DNA from: an uncultured Bacilli bacterium | GTDB taxonomy: Bacteria; Bacillota_I; Bacilli_A; RFN20; CAG-826 | Assembly: GCA_944368975.1 (NCBI GenBank) | Contig: CALVXI010000003.1 | Location: forward strand, 65,929-129,928 | DNA: 64,000 bases | Direction of reading: 5' to 3' | Shown: positions 9,461-18,477 of the stretch, piece by piece | Numbering within the stretch: position 1 is the first letter of the stretch | Layout of the letters: each line of letters starts with the position of its first letter | Translations under genes and position numbers: made by a program | Notes under the pieces: generated by a model | Seen by the model: the letters and a program-made list of their open reading frames with translations, nothing else | What the model was told of the DNA's origin: nothing | The model's database searches: none

Positions 9461-10936
9461 ATGAAGAAGAATGTATTTCCTATATTATTATTAACAAGTT
9501 TATTCTTAGTAGGATGTGGTCCTGATGAAATTATTAATAAGACCCCTATTAATCCATATAATCTATTAACTTATTCAGAGTATGATGAATCTACACAAAC
9601 ATTAGGGTTAACTCCTAACACTGGTGATGTAAAGATGTTAGTAGTACCTGTGGAATTTAAGGAAGATGAAGCCTTTTCAAATAATGATTTAAATAGAATG
9701 AATGCAGTTTTTAATGGTGAAGGAGAAGAAAAAAATACTAGTTATTGGGAAAGCGTAAGTAGTTATTATTCAAAAGCTAGTTATAACAATTTAAATTTAG
9801 AATTTGATATAACAGATGTTTTTACTTCAACAGTTACTAAAACAGAATTTATATCTCATGAATTTTTTGGGCCTAATGAGCAATATGGAAGTATTAAACT
9901 TCTTAATGATATGTATGATTCATTAACAATTGATGGTCAAAAAATAAACTATCAAGATTATGATAGTGATAAAGATGGCTATGTAGATGGAGTATGGCTT
10001 ATATATAATAGTGGAACCGAAAGCGAAGTATGGTTTAGTGGATATTTTTGGGCTTACACTTATTATTTACAAAATGAACCTAATTTAGATAGCCCTACTT
10101 TTAATACTTTTGCTAATGGTTCTCAACTATTCTTTAATCGTGATACAAGAAGTTTTGGTTATGATTCTCATACAATGATTCATGAAACAGGTCATATGTT
10201 AGGACTAGATGATTATTATAGCTATGACGATGATTTATATTATGATGCTAGTGGTGGCTTAATGATGATGAATTTAAATATTGGTGATCATGATGCTTTT
10301 TCTAAATACTCTTTAGGTTGGATTAATCCTACAATAATTACTGAGGAAACTGAAATTACCTTAAAACCTTTTAATGAAATAGGAGATGCAATAATTATTC
10401 CTAGCGATTCTTTCTATAATGGTCCTTTCGGTGAATATCTAATTATTCAATATTATACTCCTAACGGCTTAAATGAATTAGATAGTAAACAACGCTATCC
10501 AGATAGAACAGGAACTTTGCTTTATGATGAATCAGGAATTATTGTATATCATATAGACTCAAGATTAATTAATGCTACATCTAGTGATGGATTAAATTAT
10601 GTTGCTAATTTAATTGATCCTACTACCTATCAATTTAAGGATTATTCCGCAAATGATTATGTTTTAGTTAGTGGAAGTAATACCCCTAGCTATAGCGCAA
10701 TTAGTGAAGATTATTCTTTAGTTGAACTTATTACTTCCACTAATATTCCTGTTCTTGGAGCTGGATTTAGTGGCAATAGCGCTTTATTTAAAGAAAATGA
10801 TACTTTTAATCCTTTAACATTTAATAACTTTTTCACTGAAGCAAAATTTAATGACGGTAGCAATATTGAGTTTGGTTTTAATGTTACTTCTTTAACTAGT
10901 GAAGGAGCTACATTGAGCTTTCAAAAAGTAAGTTAA
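9461..10936 (+). CDS. lipoprotein zinc metalloprotease, M6 (immune inhibitor A-like) family
   Basis: Lipobox is FLVGC. The zincin motif is HETGHMLGLDDYY (HExxH). The N-terminal KMLVVPVEF strand is typical of the M6 metalloprotease domain. Confidence 0.75.
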   Translation: MKKNVFPILLLTSLFLVGCGPDEIINKTPINPYNLLTYSEYDESTQTLGLTPNTGDVKMLVVPVEFKEDEAFSNNDLNRMNAVFNGEGEEKNTSYWESVSSYYSKASYNNLNLEFDITDVFTSTVTKTEFISHEFFGPNEQYGSIKLLNDMYDSLTIDGQKINYQDYDSDKDGYVDGVWLIYNSGTESEVWFSGYFWAYTYYLQNEPNLDSPTFNTFANGSQLFFNRDTRSFGYDSHTMIHETGHMLGLDDYYSYDDDLYYDASGGLMMMNLNIGDHDAFSKYSLGWINPTIITEETEITLKPFNEIGDAIIIPSDSFYNGPFGEYLIIQYYTPNGLNELDSKQRYPDRTGTLLYDESGIIVYHIDSRLINATSSDGLNYVANLIDPTTYQFKDYSANDYVLVSGSNTPSYSAISEDYSLVELITSTNIPVLGAGFSGNSALFKENDTFNPLTFNNFFTEAKFNDGSNIEFGFNVTSLTSEGATLSFQKVS

Positions 10937-11179
10937 TCACTTTTTAACTTAAATTTACTTATATTTTTAAAAAATTAACTAAATAAATTAAATAAAACCT
11001 ACTTAAAATACTTTTTTAAAAATTTAATAATTTAGCGATTTAATCGTTAAATTTATTATAATATTAGTAAAAAATTAGCACGATTTTTTCTAAATTTTTC
11101 ACTTTTAAAATGACACTTATAATATTTTTAACTAGAAGAAACTCGTAAAGAGTTCTTCTTTATTTGGAGGATTAAATAA

Positions 11180-13678
11180 ATGAAAAAAAGAAGATTAGCT
11201 ATACTTTCCCTTAGCGGAATCTTAACTTTAGGTGTTTCATTAGTTGCAATGACTTCTTGTAGACCTGATGTAACTACTCAAACTTATACTATTACTAGTG
11301 GAAGTACAGAAGGAGCAACCTTACAATTTTCTAAAACTAGTGCAAGCGAAGGAGAAACAATTTCAGTAGTTGTTGTTACTCCAGCTGGTAAAGAAGTCGA
11401 TACAATTACCGCTGAAGGAGTAAGTGAATTTACTCCTGGTGCTACTAGTGGAACCTATACATTTAAAATGCCAGCACAAAATGTTGTTATTAATGTAACT
11501 TTAAAGGATGAAGTTATTTTAACAGCTCATGCAATTTCTAGTGCTGCAAATAACCCTGTTACATTAACATTTAGTGTTGATGGAGAAACAGTAACAAGAG
11601 CTTTAGCAGGTGATTTAGTTACCGTTGATATTAGTGAAATTCCTGAAGGTAAAATGGTTGACACTATTACTGCAACTGGAGGAATTACATTAACAAAAGT
11701 TACAGATGCTCAATACACATTTACGATGATCGATGAAGAAGTTGTTATTACCGTTACTATAAAAGATATTCCATTACCAACTCATGCTTTAAATGTTAAT
11801 GCACCAGAAGGAGTTACTGTAGTCTTTAATCAAGATTTAACTCTTAAAGAAGCTGAAGAAGGTACAAAAATTGCATTCCTTATTTTTGATGTACCTGAAG
11901 GTAAAGAAATTGATACAGTTACAGTTGATGGAATTGATTCTGAAGATCTAACTGCAGCAGATGATAGACCTCAATGGGAATTCACTATGCCTGCAGGTGA
12001 TATTACTGTTAATGTTGCTTTAAAAGATATTCCAGCAGGTGATGCGACTTATCACACAGTTACTGTGAATGCTAGCGAAGGACTTACCTATCACGTTTCA
12101 ACATATTCGCCAAAATATATCGATCCTCAAACTGGAACTCCACAAAGATTAGCGATTTATCCTGAAGTTCCAGAAGGTGACGAAATGGATGAAGTAACTT
12201 ATCAGTTTGAAAATGATTCATATAAATCAACAATTTATAACTATGGTTCAGCTGTCTACTTTGTTGAATTTTCTAAGGATGAAGATATTACAATTAATCT
12301 TACTCTTAGAAGCGAATTATTAAATCAAGAATATGATGTTACTGTCGCTGAAGGATCAACTGGTTATATTCAATTTGCTGATGGAGCCACTACTTTAAAA
12401 GCTAAACCAGAAACGACTGTTATTTTTACAGTTGTTAATATTCCTGAAGGACAAAGAGTAAGATATATTAGTGATATTAATTATAATATTAATAGTTCAA
12501 GTATTACTGAAGTTGAAGGACAAGAGAATACATATCAATTTGTAATGCCAATTGGGCCTGTTAATTTATCAGTAACTTTTGAAACTATTCCTGTTACTCA
12601 TACCTTAACTATTCAAAATAATACTGAGTATGCTATAGAGTTAATGGATTATTCAACTTGGGATTATTTACCTGTTACTGGCGATACAATTGAACTAACT
12701 GCAGGAGTAACTTACCAAGTTATGACTGATGGACAAGTATCGTTGACTTTGGATGGTGAGCCAGTTGAGGGTGGGACATTTATAATGCCAAATGCTGATG
12801 CAACTTTAGTTATTGATGCTATTCCAAGTTATGCACTTACTGTCGACACAAGTAACTTTACTGGTGGAACATATTATATGACAACTAACTGGGGTATGAC
12901 TGAAATTACTTCAGGCAATGAAGTTCAAGCTGGTTCATCAATTAACCTAGATGTTTCTTCAACAACTGTTCCTGAAGGACAATATGCTGAAGTTTTATTA
13001 AATGGTGAAAAATTAACCTATACCAATACCGGAACTGAAAGTGGTGAAACTTATTGGTCTTATAGTTTCACAATGCCTAGTGAAGCAACAACTTTAACTA
13101 TCAGATGGGCTGAAGAAATTATTCAATCATCATGGTCGATTGATTATAACGGATTTAAAGTTCAACCACGTTTATATGCAAAAGCTTATTACGATGGCAT
13201 GTTTGATGTAGAAGCTCCATTAGAGCTTGATTCCTTAATCAATGAAGGCACTGAACTTTGTTTGTATGTTGAAAGTCTTGAAATAACTCAAATTTCAATT
13301 AATGGCGGCGAAGCAATTAATCCAATTGCTGCTGATGGATATGGCAATTACTTTAATTTAACAATGCCAGGCGAAGACTTAGTTATTACCTATAATCCAA
13401 CTGTAAGTAGTTCATACACCTTAGCATATGAACCTGGTGAATCAGGTTTAGAAGCTACATTCCATATAATTGATGAACAAGGTATGCCTGGACCTGCTAT
13501 AACTGAAGCAGAAGCAGGGGATCAAGTTTATTTCAGTATTGACCCAGCAGCATTAGAAGCAGCAGGCTATACATTATTGCTTAATGGTAAACCTTTAGAA
13601 TTAAATATGGATTTTGGCGGTGTTTACATTTTCACTATGCCAAGTGAAAATGTAACAATTACCTTACAAGCTGCATAG
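11180..13678 (+). CDS. lipoprotein made of about nine tandem beta-sandwich modules (divergent InlB B-repeat-like)
   Basis: RBS GGAGG and lipobox AMTSC. There are about 9 tandem ~85-95-aa modules. Each has P(E/A)GKE(V/I)DT(I/V)T and ends in a Y.F.MP...V.I.V..KD-like strand, for example YTFKMPAQNVVINVTLKD, YTFTMIDEEVVITVTIKD, WEFTMPAGDITVNVALKD and YIFTMPSENVTITLQAA. Confidence 0.75.
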   Translation: MKKRRLAILSLSGILTLGVSLVAMTSCRPDVTTQTYTITSGSTEGATLQFSKTSASEGETISVVVVTPAGKEVDTITAEGVSEFTPGATSGTYTFKMPAQNVVINVTLKDEVILTAHAISSAANNPVTLTFSVDGETVTRALAGDLVTVDISEIPEGKMVDTITATGGITLTKVTDAQYTFTMIDEEVVITVTIKDIPLPTHALNVNAPEGVTVVFNQDLTLKEAEEGTKIAFLIFDVPEGKEIDTVTVDGIDSEDLTAADDRPQWEFTMPAGDITVNVALKDIPAGDATYHTVTVNASEGLTYHVSTYSPKYIDPQTGTPQRLAIYPEVPEGDEMDEVTYQFENDSYKSTIYNYGSAVYFVEFSKDEDITINLTLRSELLNQEYDVTVAEGSTGYIQFADGATTLKAKPETTVIFTVVNIPEGQRVRYISDINYNINSSSITEVEGQENTYQFVMPIGPVNLSVTFETIPVTHTLTIQNNTEYAIELMDYSTWDYLPVTGDTIELTAGVTYQVMTDGQVSLTLDGEPVEGGTFIMPNADATLVIDAIPSYALTVDTSNFTGGTYYMTTNWGMTEITSGNEVQAGSSINLDVSSTTVPEGQYAEVLLNGEKLTYTNTGTESGETYWSYSFTMPSEATTLTIRWAEEIIQSSWSIDYNGFKVQPRLYAKAYYDGMFDVEAPLELDSLINEGTELCLYVESLEITQISINGGEAINPIAADGYGNYFNLTMPGEDLVITYNPTVSSSYTLAYEPGESGLEATFHIIDEQGMPGPAITEAEAGDQVYFSIDPAALEAAGYTLLLNGKPLELNMDFGGVYIFTMPSENVTITLQAA

Positions 13679-13692
13679 AAAAATTAAATATT

Positions 13693-13724
13693 AAAAGAAC
13701 CTTTCTAATAGGAAGGTTCTTTTC
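13693..13724 (+). terminator. Rho-independent terminator
   Basis: 11-bp stem AAAAGAACCTT / AAGGTTCTTTT with a 9-nt loop. The T run forms the 3' arm. Confidence 0.55.
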
Positions 13725-13751
13725 AATGATTAGATACAAAGAAATATGTTA

Positions 13752-13779
13752 TTGTAAAAAAATGTCTTAATACTATAAT
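13752..13779 (+). promoter_or_regulatory. candidate sigma-70-type promoter (TTGTAA-16-TATAAT)
   Basis: TTGTAA at 13752-13757, a 16-nt spacer, then TATAAT at 13774-13779. RBS AAGGAG and ATG 13813 lie downstream. Confidence 0.4.
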
Positions 13780-13812
13780 TATTAAGATTAAGAAAGGAGA
13801 ATACTAATACTT

Positions 13813-15600
13813 ATGAAAAAGCGACATATTATGTATAAAAGTTTAGCCCTTATTCTTGGTTTAGGAACATTGACATTAGTAGGTTGTAAACCTGAAAATA
13901 ATGTTACTGAAACAACTAGTACCAGACTTGTAGTCGATACTACGAATGTAAAAACATCATTTTTAGTTGGTGAAGCATTTACCGCTAGAAATTTATTAGT
14001 TTATGAAGTAACAACTGTTAATGGTGAAGAAGTTAGGGAAATGACCACTAATTATAGATTATCCATTGAAGAAGGACATGCTTTAGAAAAAACTGATACT
14101 GAAGTTATTGTTATTTCTAATGATGAAAATATTAAATCTGCATCTTACTCAATAACTGTTACTACTGGAGGTAGTGGAGTTCTTTTAAGTGACGTTATAA
14201 ATAATATTCTTGAAACTAGAAGTTATACAGTTAACACAACTTTAAGCGCATATGGTGGAGTTTATAAAATTCAAGGAAGAATTCATGATGGAACTGATTA
14301 TCAAGGCGTAAGTTGGACTGGTGATACTGGTGGAATTTATCAAGATGGTGATATCGCTACTGGTAGTAGTTACCAATTTGGTTATGGAGTTCATGGTGGA
14401 AGAACATTCCAATACCGTATTGATGAAAATGGTACAGCTTATAATCCAGTATTTGTCGATACAATGGGTAATTATGGAAATGATGCTGGCATTTGGAATT
14501 ATATTGAAGGTCGTGATACATATGATGCTAGAATAAGTACCTATAATATTTTCTATGGACTTGAGCAAGCTCCTGAAGCAGAAAGAGAATTAGAATATAT
14601 TCAAACACTTGAACCATTTGAAGGATCGACTTATAGATTTACATTTGATTCTGAAGACTTTGATCATATGTGGATTTTTGGTTTAGTTGGTGATCCATAT
14701 GATTGCTTAAATCCATTCTATTTCTATGAAGATGGGTATGTTGAAATTACAACTTTAGCTGATGGAAGTCTTGAAATTCAATCTTATAATACAGATGATG
14801 AAATACCAACCTTTCATTCTACTGTTTCAAATATTGGAAAAACAGAAATTGAAGAGTTAGCAACTTTCTTAGAAGATCCAATTTTTGGTAATAATGAAGA
14901 CCCAGCTATTGCTCATATGATGGAGACTTTCCAAACATATGGAACTGACTTACTTATTAATAAAGTTGATGGAGATACAAAAACTCCTTTAGCTGCTTTA
15001 AAAACTGGTTATTACTACTATGGTTTTGAAGCTGATGGAATTGTTGATGCTGATGAAAATGGTGGAATTAAAGGAACATATAATGCTTTATTCCCTTCTT
15101 TAAATTGTAGTTTTATATATTTAGATGAAGGAAATACTTTATCATACACCCCAAATTATTATTGGTATAATAGTACAATTGAGGGAGATGAAGAACATAT
15201 TGTTGAAGGAACCAACTATGATCAAAAAGGAATGGATGACTTTTTACATTACAATTCATTAAATCCAAAATTATCAACTTTTCTTACTCATGCTGATGAA
15301 TATTTTGACACTGAAGTTGAAGGAACTCAATTTGTAGTTAGAGGTTCTCAATTAAGTGATTATATTTATGAAACTTTACTTCAATTTGCTGGGTATATTG
15401 ATCTTAATACTGTTTTAAATCGAGTAGTTTTAAATATCACTTCAGCAGAAGAAGTTGCAAACGAGGTTTATACATTTAGTTTATATGGTCTTGCTGCTGG
15501 ACTTGGTTCTGAAACTCTTTTAGGAACTTTTGAATTTACAAGCTTTGGAGATGGAACTCATGAGATTCCAGAAGCCATATATAACGAATATAACGCATAA
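13813..15600 (+). CDS. lipoprotein, two-lobed paralogue family, unknown function
   Basis: Lipobox LTLVGC. Has CLNPFYFYEDG, the lobe-end/hinge motif STVSNIGKTEIEELATFLE, and a C-terminal FEFTSFGDGTHEIP. These are comparable to motifs in 15616 and 17098. Confidence 0.65.
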   Translation: MKKRHIMYKSLALILGLGTLTLVGCKPENNVTETTSTRLVVDTTNVKTSFLVGEAFTARNLLVYEVTTVNGEEVREMTTNYRLSIEEGHALEKTDTEVIVISNDENIKSASYSITVTTGGSGVLLSDVINNILETRSYTVNTTLSAYGGVYKIQGRIHDGTDYQGVSWTGDTGGIYQDGDIATGSSYQFGYGVHGGRTFQYRIDENGTAYNPVFVDTMGNYGNDAGIWNYIEGRDTYDARISTYNIFYGLEQAPEAERELEYIQTLEPFEGSTYRFTFDSEDFDHMWIFGLVGDPYDCLNPFYFYEDGYVEITTLADGSLEIQSYNTDDEIPTFHSTVSNIGKTEIEELATFLEDPIFGNNEDPAIAHMMETFQTYGTDLLINKVDGDTKTPLAALKTGYYYYGFEADGIVDADENGGIKGTYNALFPSLNCSFIYLDEGNTLSYTPNYYWYNSTIEGDEEHIVEGTNYDQKGMDDFLHYNSLNPKLSTFLTHADEYFDTEVEGTQFVVRGSQLSDYIYETLLQFAGYIDLNTVLNRVVLNITSAEEVANEVYTFSLYGLAAGLGSETLLGTFEFTSFGDGTHEIPEAIYNEYNA

Positions 15601-15615
15601 ATGAGGGGATAAAAA

Positions 15616-17079
15616 ATGAAGAAGAGAAATATTTTATTTGTAAGTGTCTTATCGTTAGGTTTATTTAGTTGCCAAAAAGAAATTAGCTATGGGCAATTAG
15701 AAACTGACTTTTCTGCATTACAATCAAGTGTCACTATTAGTGGAACATTAAATGCACATATCACATATTTTACAAACAGTGATTATAATTTTATTGATGA
15801 AACGATGCCTTCTAAAGATCAAAATTTTAGATATGATTTAACTTTCTCATATAGTGATACTTATGAAGGTGCTGATCGTCGTTATTATGAAGTTCTTAGT
15901 GATGGGACTATTGTCTATTTACAAGGTGAAAATACTTATAATGATGATGGTTATGTCACAATGAACTATGTTGATTATGAAAACGTAGTTTATAACGATG
16001 GTTATGTTTATGCAGATGAATATAATAGAACACCTTTTGCATCAAGCGGTTTAGTCAATCCTTTTAGATTAATGGAATTAACTGATTTTACTCCTACTAG
16101 CGAAGGAACCTATACTTTAAATGCAATGCAATCAACATTAGTTTTTAATCAATTATTTGGAACTCTTGATGAATTAACTAGTGATAATACCGTTTCTAGT
16201 AGTACTTTTACTTATGGTGAAAATAATGAAACTATTAATGTTACTATGGTAAGTCAACCATATAATTCTACTGAAACTGTTGTTGCTGAAAATAAATATA
16301 TTCAAACTGTTTATACAGCTAATTTTGTAATTAGTAATATCGGAGAGTCTAATGCTCAAACTTTAATGGCACCAGAGCCTGAAAAAGCAGAAAATGCTGA
16401 GCTACAAGAAGCAATTGATAATATGCAAATTAGTGATTTCACTCTTTTAAGACATTTAATTCCTGATGATGCAGTTCAACAAGAATGTGTTATGGTATAT
16501 TACGATAAAGAAACTTATCGTGTTTACGATCAAGTTTTCGATTATGTCTATCAAGAAGGAGTTGTTCCTACAGCACCTACTGCTGCTGATTTCTTAATGA
16601 TTCCTAGAGATTCAACTAATGGAAGTTATTTAGTTCCTCATGTTTATGGTGGTAGTTATACTGGAGAAGGAGAAGAGAGAGTTTATGATTTCTCTGGCAC
16701 AGGTTATGCTTCTTTAATGGGTATGTCATATCAAGAGACCCTACCATTATTAAATAATGATTTTGATGATTATAAAGTGTCTGCAAATGTATTTAATAGG
16801 AATGTCGATGGTTCATATTCTCCAATAAATGACAACTTAGCTTATGTTGGAAGTGAATTATTTATGTCACCATTTGGTGATACATCATATACTGCTAATG
16901 GCTTTACAACTTCATGTAAAATTTACCTTCGTGATGCTTTAGAAACCGAAGGTGTTACAGGTAAAGTTATTGACCATATTGACTTTAAATATGAAGATAC
17001 AGTTGGACAAACCGGAACAATTACTTTAACGTATTTCAACATTGGTAGTACTAGCATCCCATTTGCTGTAAATATTTAA
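15616..17079 (+). CDS. lipoprotein, two-lobed paralogue family, unknown function
   Basis: RBS GAGGGG and lipobox GLFSC. Motifs are VNPFRLMELTDF, FVISNIGESNA followed by NAELQEAIDNMQISDFTL, and the C-terminal ITLTYFNIGSTSIPF. Confidence 0.7.
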   Translation: MKKRNILFVSVLSLGLFSCQKEISYGQLETDFSALQSSVTISGTLNAHITYFTNSDYNFIDETMPSKDQNFRYDLTFSYSDTYEGADRRYYEVLSDGTIVYLQGENTYNDDGYVTMNYVDYENVVYNDGYVYADEYNRTPFASSGLVNPFRLMELTDFTPTSEGTYTLNAMQSTLVFNQLFGTLDELTSDNTVSSSTFTYGENNETINVTMVSQPYNSTETVVAENKYIQTVYTANFVISNIGESNAQTLMAPEPEKAENAELQEAIDNMQISDFTLLRHLIPDDAVQQECVMVYYDKETYRVYDQVFDYVYQEGVVPTAPTAADFLMIPRDSTNGSYLVPHVYGGSYTGEGEERVYDFSGTGYASLMGMSYQETLPLLNNDFDDYKVSANVFNRNVDGSYSPINDNLAYVGSELFMSPFGDTSYTANGFTTSCKIYLRDALETEGVTGKVIDHIDFKYEDTVGQTGTITLTYFNIGSTSIPFAVNI

Positions 17080-17097
17080 TTTTGCGAGGATTTTACA

Positions 17098-18477
17098 ATG
17101 AAAAAGAGATATTTATTATTAACTATACTTCCTATATTTGGTTTAGTTGGATGTAACAATAATGAAGAACTTTCATTAGTTGAAAGTAATATCCAAACTT
17201 TAAGTAATGGATTTAAAATGGAAGGAAATATTACTCAAACAAGAATTGAAGGTAGTGTTGATTATAACGGAAACTTTATTGCAGGAAGTGGAGAACCAGA
17301 AACTAATACATATAAAACAAATTTTGTTTTCCAAGGCGGAGATGAAATTGGCTATCAAAAAACAAGTACAAGCCTTTTAGAAGGCGTAGAACTCACAATG
17401 GAAGATTATTTATACTATTGCGATGATGAAGGCTATGCCTATGAAAAACAATTAAATTATCAAAACCAAGTTGAAAATGTTTATCCATTAAGCTTTGGTA
17501 GAAAAGTTCCTTTTTATGCAAATGGTTTTTATAATCCATTCTTAATTTTAGATGAAAGTGATTTTACTCAAGATACAACAAATACTGCAAGATACTATTT
17601 AGATTTAGGCAAAGCAAGTATTATTGCTAATAACCTTCTTTATAGTTTAAATAGTGGTTTCTATGGCCGTGTTGAAAATTCTTACTTTATTGCTAGTCAA
17701 GGTAATTTCACAATTTTTACAATAACGATGAGTCCAAGAGTTTATGCTGAATTTGATAATGCTAGTTATACAACCAAATATTATCAAATTGATAATACTG
17801 TCACATTCACTATTTCTGAACCAGGTAGCGCTAAAGTTTCAACTTTAAATCCTGTTGAAGCTAAAAATAATACTGAACTTCAAAGCGCATTAAATACGAT
17901 TCAAGATAATTTTACTTTGACTGTTACTGAAACTGATGAAACAAAGATTCAAAAGTTTTATTTTGATGGATCTACTATTTATAATCATACTTATCGTGAA
18001 GGAGAAAGCGCTGAACCAAATCCTGAAACTGATTATTACTTAGCTCAAAAAGCTGATACTGAAAACGGTAGATTAGTATCTTATGTTTATAATGACGAAA
18101 CCACTTCTTGGGAAGAAGGAACTACAACTGAATTTCCTGATGCTTATCAAGATTATTACTATTATTCTGATTATTTACCAATTATTGGTGGTGTTAGTGC
18201 AGATTTATTTACCTATGATAGAGAACATGATTTATATGTTAGCGATGCAATTGCTCTAAGTGCTTTAACTGATTGCTTTATTGTTAATACTCCACCATAT
18301 AGAAATTCAAATGCATCTAACTCTTCAACTGTTAGTATTAGATTAAATTCAAATAACCAAATCGATTATGTCTTATTCTCATATGGATATATCGATGAAC
18401 TTACTGGTACAGTTAATGTTGGTGAAATTACATTAACTTATGAAGATATCGGAACAACGGAGAACCCAGCATTATGA
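17098..18477 (+). CDS. lipoprotein, two-lobed paralogue family, unknown function
   Basis: Lipobox GLVGC. Motifs are YNPFLILDESDF, FTISEPGSAKV followed by NTELQSALNTIQDNFTL, and the C-terminal ITLTYEDIGTTENP. Ends in TGA, overlapping the next ATG (ATGA). Confidence 0.7.
   Translation: MKKRYLLLTILPIFGLVGCNNNEELSLVESNIQTLSNGFKMEGNITQTRIEGSVDYNGNFIAGSGEPETNTYKTNFVFQGGDEIGYQKTSTSLLEGVELTMEDYLYYCDDEGYAYEKQLNYQNQVENVYPLSFGRKVPFYANGFYNPFLILDESDFTQDTTNTARYYLDLGKASIIANNLLYSLNSGFYGRVENSYFIASQGNFTIFTITMSPRVYAEFDNASYTTKYYQIDNTVTFTISEPGSAKVSTLNPVEAKNNTELQSALNTIQDNFTLTVTETDETKIQKFYFDGSTIYNHTYREGESAEPNPETDYYLAQKADTENGRLVSYVYNDETTSWEEGTTTEFPDAYQDYYYYSDYLPIIGGVSADLFTYDREHDLYVSDAIALSALTDCFIVNTPPYRNSNASNSSTVSIRLNSNNQIDYVLFSYGYIDELTGTVNVGEITLTYEDIGTTENPAL

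Noticed and set aside
11031-11051. 10-1-10 near-palindrome TTTAGCGATT T AATCGTTAAA upstream of the repeat lipoprotein gene, considered as an operator.
   Set aside because: It has one arm mismatch and no well-spaced promoter hexamers around it; the nearest TATAAT, at 11057-11062, has no usable -35. It is not repeated elsewhere in the window. I kept it as a note only.
14242-14568. Short ORFs in the track that lie inside or antisense to long, homology-supported genes: 14242-14568(-), 14321-14536(+), 16174-16359(-), 20646-20855(-), 26375-26563(+), 26746-26943(-), 38289-38513(+), 42246-42458(+), 46287-46472(-), 47757-47939(-), 49463-49747(-), 52376-52615(-), 54129-54356(-), 56246-56452(-), 56774-56998(-), 60436-60708(-).
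   Set aside because: Each is fully embedded in a much longer ORF with clear family motifs or a lipoprotein signal. None has an RBS, and their hydrophobic low-complexity translations are typical of off-frame readings of coding DNA.
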